Assembly (NCBI GenBank): GCA_964411325.1
Contig: CAYPKM010000002.1
Location: forward strand, 1-40,305
Source: an uncultured Christensenella sp.
GTDB taxonomy: Bacteria; Bacillota; Clostridia; Christensenellales; UBA1242
DNA length: 40,305 bases
Direction: 5' to 3'
This document shows positions 35,137 to 40,305 of this stretch, in pieces. How positions within the stretch are numbered: position 1 is the first letter of the stretch; every line of letters begins with the position of its first letter. Below the pieces are notes generated by a model. It was not told the DNA's origin and did not search any database. It saw only the letters and a program-made list of their open reading frames with translations. A program made the translations under genes and the position numbers.

Positions 35137-35733
35137 ATGAAAAAGTTGTGGGCTGAATTCAAAGCCTTTATAGCCAAAGGAAATGTTGTAGATTTAGCTA
35201 TTGCCGTTATTATTGGTAATGCTTTCAACAAAATAGTATCTAGTCTAGTAAATGACGTAATAATGCCACTAATATCTTTCGCAATTGGTGGTGCCGATGT
35301 TAGCGATTGGAAATGGGTTATAACCCCAGCAGAATATGACGCTACTGGCAACGTTATTACTGCTGAAAGTGCTCTAAAATATGGTAACTTTATCCAAACG
35401 ATTATCGACTTTTTGATTATTGCTCTTACACTATTTATTATGTTCAAAGTATTTACTTATTCCAAAAACAAATTGAGCAAATTTGGTGAGACAATAGTAG
35501 AAGAATCGCACAAGCTAAAGGAGAAATCCAAAAAGAAGAAAAAGAAAGGTGAGCCAGAAGTAGTAGAGCAAGCCGAAACAGTCAAAGTAGAAGAAAAGAC
35601 TGAGGCAAAAGAAGAGAAGGAAGAAAAACCTGCTGAGCCTGAAACCCCTGCCCCTATATCTTCTACAACCAAAGAAGATTTGATGATAACTTTGCTTCAA
35701 GACATTAGAGATAGTTTAAAGACCAAAAACTAA
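35137..35733 (+). CDS. mscL: Large-conductance mechanosensitive channel MscL (with extended loop and charged linker)
   Basis: N-terminus MKKLWAEFKAFIAKGNVVDLAIAVIIGNAFNKIVSSLVNDVIMPLI is classical MscL. The C-terminal helix TKEDLMITLLQDIRDSLK is conserved. GGAG RBS present. Confidence 0.9.
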   Translation: MKKLWAEFKAFIAKGNVVDLAIAVIIGNAFNKIVSSLVNDVIMPLISFAIGGADVSDWKWVITPAEYDATGNVITAESALKYGNFIQTIIDFLIIALTLFIMFKVFTYSKNKLSKFGETIVEESHKLKEKSKKKKKKGEPEVVEQAETVKVEEKTEAKEEKEEKPAEPETPAPISSTTKEDLMITLLQDIRDSLKTKN

Positions 35734-35738
35734 TACAC

Positions 35739-35780
35739 AAAAAAACACAGATTGAAATTTAATCCAACCTGTGTTTTTTT
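35739..35780. terminator. Bidirectional rho-independent terminator (mscL / acidic zinc-ribbon gene)
   Basis: A7-CACAG...CTGTG-T7 hairpin between convergent genes. Confidence 0.7.
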
Positions 35781-35784
35781 GTTT

Positions 35785-36309
35785 TTAATAATCTTCTTCG
35801 TCGTCGTCCTCGTCTTCGTCTTCTTCATCTTCGTCGTCGTCAAAATCTTCGTCATCATCTACAACGTCAAAGTCGTCGTCAAAGTCTTCACTTTCTTCTT
35901 CAGATTCTTCATCCAAATCATCCTCAAACTCATTCTCCAAATCTTTGGCGAAAGCACCTTCCAACTCTTCGTCGATTTCATCATCTTCTTCTACTGGCAA
36001 CAAATCCAATTCTTCATCTTCGTCATCAGTCTTGTCTACAAAACCTCTCCAATCTGGTTCGTCATCCTTATTGGCACTTCCCTCTGTTTGCTCTTCCATA
36101 CAAGAAGTACACATAGTTTCGCCTTCTTGGATATAATTTACTTTGCAGATAGGGCAAAGTTCCAAGCCCTCATCCAATTCGTCAAATTCATTCTCTTCCA
36201 ATATCCCTGCTTTCATTTCGCTTTTGCAAACATCACAAAATTTGTCTTTCTTCAATATATAATTAAGTTCGCATCTAGGACATTTGATATATTGTACTGG
36301 TTTACTCAT
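35785..36309 (-). CDS. Double zinc-ribbon protein with an extremely acidic (D/E) C-terminal tail, function unknown
   Basis: 174 aa. Two CxxC-x(11)-CxxC units (CPRC...CDVC and CPIC...CTSC) are followed by about 100 residues dominated by D/E. GGAG RBS lies 7 nt before the ATG. The opposite-strand ORF 35752..36375 is a low-complexity shadow. Confidence 0.7.
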   Translation of the reverse strand: MSKPVQYIKCPRCELNYILKKDKFCDVCKSEMKAGILEENEFDELDEGLELCPICKVNYIQEGETMCTSCMEEQTEGSANKDDEPDWRGFVDKTDDEDEELDLLPVEEDDEIDEELEGAFAKDLENEFEDDLDEESEEESEDFDDDFDVVDDDEDFDDDEDEEDEDEDDDEEDY

Positions 36310-36416
36310 AATTACTCCAAATCAATGTTAAATTTTAAAACTACTCTAGTTTATCTAAGTATTATGAAAATGTAAACTGTTTTTATACATATTTTTCAAA
36401 AAAACAAAAAAGATTT

Positions 36417-37208
36417 TTAAGCCCCTTCTATGAGCATTTTGTCGGCAACTAATGCTATAAATTCGCCATTGGTCGGTTTTTCGTTATTTCCGTACACCCT
36501 TATTCCAAATAGATTGTTGATATTCTCTATCTTTCCCCTATTCCAAGCAACTTCTATTGCGTGGCGTATAGCACGCTCAACCTTGCTTGCTGATGTGTCA
36601 AATTTGCTAGCAATAGAAGGATACAACCTTTTGGTAATAGAATTAATGATATCTGGGCTATCTATCGCCATTTTGATAGCTTCACGCAAAAATTGATAGC
36701 CTTTGATATGTGCAGGAATGCCAACAGTGATAAATATATTGGTAATCCTCTCATCCAATTGCTTATTCTTTGGCTTGTTTTGATTTGTTATAGGCTCAAT
36801 CTTGCTTTTGTTTTCCAAAAATTCGTCTTTGGCAATATCTACAAGTCTGCTTTCCAAAAGTTCGTAATTGACTGGTTTGAGCATATAGTAAGAAGCACCC
36901 ATACTAAACGCTTTTTGGATAAATCCTTCGCCTTGCAAAGCACTTACAATTACAAATTTTGGTGTTTTTTGCAAACCCAAAGATTTAATCTCGCTTATTA
37001 AATCATAACCATCAGCATTTGGCAAAACAATATCTGTAATCACAATATCCACATTGTTATCACTTATGTATTCTACGGCATCTACCAATTTCCCAAAACT
37101 GGCAACCACTCTTAAATTTTGTCTGCTTTCCAAAAAGAAATCCTTTAGACCTTGGCAATAAGCGTCGTTTGAATCGACTACTACTATTTTTGAAATTTTA
37201 TTTTCCAT
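36417..37208 (-). CDS. spo0A: Sporulation master regulator Spo0A (response regulator)
   Basis: Receiver domain ([20 protein letters not shown]) plus the diagnostic Spo0A_C sequence [16 protein letters not shown]...[18 protein letters not shown]. The start is set at ATG 37208 because AGGAGA (37220-37215) abuts the upstream ATG at 37214. Confidence 0.95.
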   Translation of the reverse strand: MENKISKIVVVDSNDAYCQGLKDFFLESRQNLRVVASFGKLVDAVEYISDNNVDIVITDIVLPNADGYDLISEIKSLGLQKTPKFVIVSALQGEGFIQKAFSMGASYYMLKPVNYELLESRLVDIAKDEFLENKSKIEPITNQNKPKNKQLDERITNIFITVGIPAHIKGYQFLREAIKMAIDSPDIINSITKRLYPSIASKFDTSASKVERAIRHAIEVAWNRGKIENINNLFGIRVYGNNEKPTNGEFIALVADKMLIEGA

Positions 37209-37243
37209 ATTCATTCTCCTAAATTAATTTAATTAACACTAAA

Positions 37244-37272
37244 AATATATCATTTAAAATGTTATTTTGCAA
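37244..37272 (-). promoter_or_regulatory. Sigma-A-type promoter of spo0A (TTGCAA-17 nt-TATATT, TGn extended -10)
   Basis: Minus strand: TTGCAA (37272-37267), 17-nt spacer ending TGA, TATATT (37249-37244). Confidence 0.5.
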
Positions 37273-37332
37273 ATTATTACAATTAGAGAAAATGGCTTAA
37301 ACACTCACTTTTTTGAATATAATTTTCTTATT

Positions 37333-37339
37333 TGTCGAA
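37333..37339 (+). promoter_or_regulatory. Perfect Spo0A-binding consensus (0A box TGTCGAA) upstream of spo0A
   Basis: TGTCGAA at 37333-37339, about 60 bp upstream of the predicted -35 and about 125 bp upstream of the spo0A start. Confidence 0.45.
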
Positions 37340-37386
37340 TAATTGGTTATTTGATTTTGAATATGGATTTTTTATAAAAAAACATT

Positions 37387-37422
37387 AAAAAAAGAAGAAC
37401 ATAAATTTCAAGATGTTCTTCT
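37387..37422 (-). terminator. Rho-independent terminator after the DUF5050-like lipoprotein gene
   Basis: Perfect 10-bp stem AGAAGAACAT/ATGTTCTTCT with a 10-nt loop, followed on the minus strand by T7. Confidence 0.75.
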
Positions 37423-37433
37423 CAATTATTTAA

Positions 37434-38858
37434 TTAGTCGATTCTAGGTATCCAAGATACACTTTCGTCTGTACCATAATCTTCGTCTTGTTCTGGCTCT
37501 GCTGGCAAATCGTCATCTTCGAATACTCCTACAAATCTCTCGCTATCACCCTCGATATAATTCAAATAATAACATTCGTCATTGGTGTATTCGGTGTAAA
37601 CATATACTCTTTGATTGTCAAAGTCCCAGAATTTGGAATTGGTAATCAAATGGGTTTTGTCTTCATCTTTGGTCATTTGTTCAATAGGTATTTCACCGTC
37701 TTCCAAAGCATCTCTAACGTTAAATTTAAACAAAACATTGTCTACAACATAATAAGCGTCATCACCATTCATACCGATAACTGTCTTTTGTGAAGAAGAG
37801 ATTTTGGTTACAGTGCCTTCTTCCAAAACATAAGTGCCGTTTCCATCATCTGCTATAATCATATCTATACCAAATTTGCAAATATAATAATTGGTATATG
37901 TCATATCAGATAGTTTCACCTCATTAGCATTTACCCAAGATGATTGAGACAAGTCTCTCTGATGAAGTATACTCTGTCTATTGTCGCCAGTAGCATTAGT
38001 CTTTGTGTAATAAATCTTGTCTGTAGTAACGCCCACTATCGAATAAGTGCATTCTTTATCACCAGGATAGGTGTCAATATCACCTGTAGCCACATTGATT
38101 CTACACATCATATTGCCTTTGTAATTACCACTAAGACCGTCTTCTGAAGTAACTGCTCTGGTGTAATAGATGTAATTTTGGAATACACTATTTCTAGCAT
38201 TATTTGTAGCATAATCAGTCTCGTGCAAGAATGAATATGATGTACTATTTTCTACAGTCTTGACATCTTTTTTGTTGTCAGTATTAACAATTACAATTTT
38301 GCTATTAACATAAGTTACGATATAAACAGTTCCATTGGATTTGTATACTGTCCAATCAAGATTATCTTCGCCTTGCTCAGTCACATACAAAGTCTTGTCT
38401 TTTGTTCCATTGATATTTACTTTGTGGAATTCTACTCTACTACTTTGCAAAGTTCCTTCCCTGTCGTACTTCATATAAGGTGTAGCGTAATAGATGTAAT
38501 CATCGATTATAAAAAATCCACCATTGTCAAACCCGACAACTTTGGATACTACAACGTCTGAATTAGTAAGGAAACCATCTTTGTCTTTTTGAATTTTGCC
38601 ATCAACCAATTTGGTTCTATAGATAGCCGACCTGATTACCTTGCCTTGTTCATTGTCGTATCCGTCAAGGGTGCTATCATCAACATAGCCATTGACGAAA
38701 TACAAATAGTTATCTTTGACAACAGTCATTCCACCATTGCTTACAACGTTGGCGTCAGTAGGAGGATTGTCAGCAAGTCCCTTTGGAGAACATCCTACAA
38801 AAAACACTGACACAGCCATAACGCACATAATTATTAGAGAAAGTAATTTTTTCTTCAT
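37434..38858 (-). CDS. Lipoprotein with repeated beta-propeller-like (DUF5050-like) blades
   Basis: Lipobox MKKKLLSLIIMCVMAVSVFFVGC. Recurrent xYhYY blade motifs (YLYFVNG, YIYYATP, YIYYTRA, KIYYTKT, DAYYVVD). GGAG lies 6 nt before ATG 38858; the ORF-track start at 38870 is a TTG overlapping the RBS. Confidence 0.75.
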   Translation of the reverse strand: MKKKLLSLIIMCVMAVSVFFVGCSPKGLADNPPTDANVVSNGGMTVVKDNYLYFVNGYVDDSTLDGYDNEQGKVIRSAIYRTKLVDGKIQKDKDGFLTNSDVVVSKVVGFDNGGFFIIDDYIYYATPYMKYDREGTLQSSRVEFHKVNINGTKDKTLYVTEQGEDNLDWTVYKSNGTVYIVTYVNSKIVIVNTDNKKDVKTVENSTSYSFLHETDYATNNARNSVFQNYIYYTRAVTSEDGLSGNYKGNMMCRINVATGDIDTYPGDKECTYSIVGVTTDKIYYTKTNATGDNRQSILHQRDLSQSSWVNANEVKLSDMTYTNYYICKFGIDMIIADDGNGTYVLEEGTVTKISSSQKTVIGMNGDDAYYVVDNVLFKFNVRDALEDGEIPIEQMTKDEDKTHLITNSKFWDFDNQRVYVYTEYTNDECYYLNYIEGDSERFVGVFEDDDLPAEPEQDEDYGTDESVSWIPRID

Positions 38859-38996
38859 ATTCTGCTCCAATTGTTTATATAAATAATCTACAAAAAGCTA
38901 CTAATTTATACCATTTTTTGAAGACTTATCAATACATTTGTATACATTTTAGTTTAGCAAATAAATAATAATTCGTCAATGAATTTGTATTAAGTT

Positions 38997-40001
38997 TTAA
39001 CGACTACATTCAATATCATTTTCATTAGTTAACGAAAGATTTTGAGATTGCTTATTATATTCATCAAAGATGGTTTTGAGATTGTATTTGATTCTATCCT
39101 CACGTTTTTTGAAAAGTGATGGGTTTTTGATGGCAGAAAGGAAAACATTGTGAAGTCCTTTTGTCTCGAACTTGTTGTTTTTCAAAAATTTAGATTTTAA
39201 GTTTTCCACAAAATTGATTGTTTCGTCTGGATAATTATCAAGCAAATATTGTAGATTGTGCTTAGTTGCAAATTCCATATCTTTTCTAGTTCTAAAAGTC
39301 ATTATAAACTCATAATCATTGGCAGGTGCCAATTGCATATTCTTTTTCCCTTCATTATCTTCTATAATGTAATTTATATTTCTAGGCTTGAAATCGGCAT
39401 CATCACAAATCATATTTCTAAACATATAATGAGGAATAAAGTCTTTGACAAACTTATCTTGCATCATTTGCAATTCTTCATCGCCATATTCATATTCTTT
39501 CATAATCTTATGCACTTTGTCTCTCAAATAAACATCCCAATCCTTAAACAAAGAAAAGTCGTCAATTGGAACCCTCACAAAAGTCCCTTCTAGCACATCA
39601 ATTTCTTGTCCTTCTTTGACAAAGTCAACAGAGATGGTGTAATTCTCGTGCTCCATCATCACTCTCTCATTGTACACGGTAGGCACTCCCAAATAATTGG
39701 CAAGTCTACTGCCCAAGACATCGCTTGTAATATGATAATCGTCCCCATATATTCTTTCTTTTTTGAACAAAACTGAAATATATTTAAGTGGAATATTTTC
39801 TTGTTCTTCATTAATGTATTCTTTTATAAAGTCATCTATATATGTCACATAAGAATTATTAGGGTCGCGTTTCGCATCAAAAAACTCTTTCAAAACCTTA
39901 TTATCTATTCGTATAAACCTTTTTGACATTGTTCCGCCAATAGAATCATTGCAAGTATAATTATCATACTCTTCAAAGTCTTTTTCGTTTATTATTTTCA
40001 T
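38997..40001 (-). CDS. Hypothetical protein with protein-kinase-like (HipA_C / APH / CotS-like) catalytic-loop motifs
   Basis: 334-aa ORF. DADFKPRNINYI resembles the D-x-K-x-x-N catalytic loop (compare HRDLKPEN and the HipA DxHxKN). It is followed 20 aa later by LAPANDYEF (compare HipA LxPxYD and the kinase DFG/IDxE). A Gly-rich SIGGTMSKRF lies near the N-terminus. Confidence 0.6.
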   Translation of the reverse strand: MKIINEKDFEEYDNYTCNDSIGGTMSKRFIRIDNKVLKEFFDAKRDPNNSYVTYIDDFIKEYINEEQENIPLKYISVLFKKERIYGDDYHITSDVLGSRLANYLGVPTVYNERVMMEHENYTISVDFVKEGQEIDVLEGTFVRVPIDDFSLFKDWDVYLRDKVHKIMKEYEYGDEELQMMQDKFVKDFIPHYMFRNMICDDADFKPRNINYIIEDNEGKKNMQLAPANDYEFIMTFRTRKDMEFATKHNLQYLLDNYPDETINFVENLKSKFLKNNKFETKGLHNVFLSAIKNPSLFKKREDRIKYNLKTIFDEYNKQSQNLSLTNENDIECSR

Positions 40002-40234
40002 TATTTATAATCCTTTTTCTTTTTTCAATATTTGAATACTACAAACATTCAAAAATTTCGTATAAAAATTTTTAACTATTTTGGAAAATTTTACATTATT
40101 TATCGATTTATTATTTGAATAATCAAAAATATTAAAGATATTAATAAAACTCCCAATATATCTTATTATATTATATCACAAAACAATTGGAAGTACAATA
40201 TCGAATTGTCATTTTCTTAAATTGTCAAGACAAG

Positions 40235-40260
40235 AAAAAAAAGAATTGCATTTACAATTC
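40235..40260 (-). terminator. Rho-independent terminator of an upstream minus-strand gene that runs off the window
   Basis: Minus strand GAATTG-TAAATG-CAATTC followed by T8. The hairpin overlaps the TAA at 40254-40252. Confidence 0.5.
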
Positions 40261-40305
40261 TCTTTCGTTATCTTTATATCTTTTTAAAAGACCAAAATGT
40301 TCATA
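40252..40305 (-). CDS. Last 17 codons of a gene truncated by the window edge (...YEHFGLLKRYKDNEREL*)
   Basis: Open frame from the window end to TAA 40254-40252, immediately followed by a terminator. It is too short to identify. Confidence 0.3.
   Translation of the reverse strand, partial: YEHFGLLKRYKDNEREL

Noticed and set aside
35109-35447. 112-aa minus-strand ORF opposite mscL
   Set aside because: mscL on the plus strand is a textbook match with a GGAG RBS. The antisense ORF has no start context.
35521-35550. A/G-rich run encoding KSKKKKKKG in mscL as a programmed frameshift or slippage site
   Set aside because: The frame continues into the conserved MscL C-terminal helix, so the zero-frame product is the functional one. 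There is no downstream structure or alternative-frame ORF of note.
35752-36375. 207-aa plus-strand ORF rich in F/V/I, opposite the acidic zinc-ribbon gene (also the minus ORFs 35457..35672 and 35515..35700 opposite the mscL 3' end)
   Set aside because: The F/V/I-rich sequence is the complement of GAA/GAT/GAC codon runs. There is no RBS, and it would start inside the terminator. The minus-strand reading has an RBS and zinc-ribbon motifs.
1-40305. Search for CRISPR arrays, IS elements or transposases, integrases, prophage genes, and tRNA/rRNA genes
   Set aside because: No regularly spaced direct repeats, no terminal inverted repeats flanking an ORF, and no recombinase-like ORF were seen in the six-frame track. 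No cloverleaf-like or rRNA-like sequences were seen in the intergenic regions. This was inspection by eye only, so tRNAscan, Infernal or a CRISPR finder should confirm it.

Overview
Visibly AT-rich segment (roughly 30% G+C by eye, not computed). It looks like the chromosome of a spore-forming Firmicute, probably Clostridia-like, because spo0A, spoIIE and spoVG are all present. I support about 31 protein genes. Nearly all are on the minus strand, consistent with strong leading-strand bias. Minus-strand gene order, listed by ascending coordinate: a 1260-aa SF1 helicase fused to a nuclease-like module; a 4-gene glycan operon (3 glycosyltransferases plus a Wzx-like flippase); a coiled-coil lipoprotein; a Fic AMPylase; spoIIE; a HelD-like helicase; greA; a dxs-like gene; gatCAB; a small Cys-rich protein divergent from an ArsR/SmtB regulator; trpS, prfA and prmC; rpmE; murC; a 1674-aa GLUG/Big_2 surface protein; an acidic zinc-ribbon protein; spo0A; a DUF5050-like lipoprotein; and a protein-kinase-like-fold protein. 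spoVG and mscL are on the plus strand. Most transcription units end in clear hairpin plus T-tract terminators, and several have near-consensus sigma-A promoters. I recognised no rRNA, tRNA, CRISPR array, transposase or integrase. I do not see a convincing multi-gene novel system; most of the window is core housekeeping and sporulation. The best leads are single genes or gene pairs: (1) the stand-alone helicase-nuclease at 217-3999; (2) the divergent ArsR/SmtB plus Cys-rich small protein pair at 23088-23784; (3) the double zinc-ribbon protein with an extreme poly-acidic tail just downstream of spo0A, possibly an RNAP delta-like factor, in a window that also holds helD and greA; (4) the uncharacterised kinase-like-fold protein at 38997-40001; (5) small regulatory features: a greA leader attenuator-like hairpin, a 27-codon ORF with a strong SD, a perfect 0A box upstream of spo0A, and a 543-bp intragenic tandem duplication. 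All family assignments come from motif recognition by eye. No database search was run.
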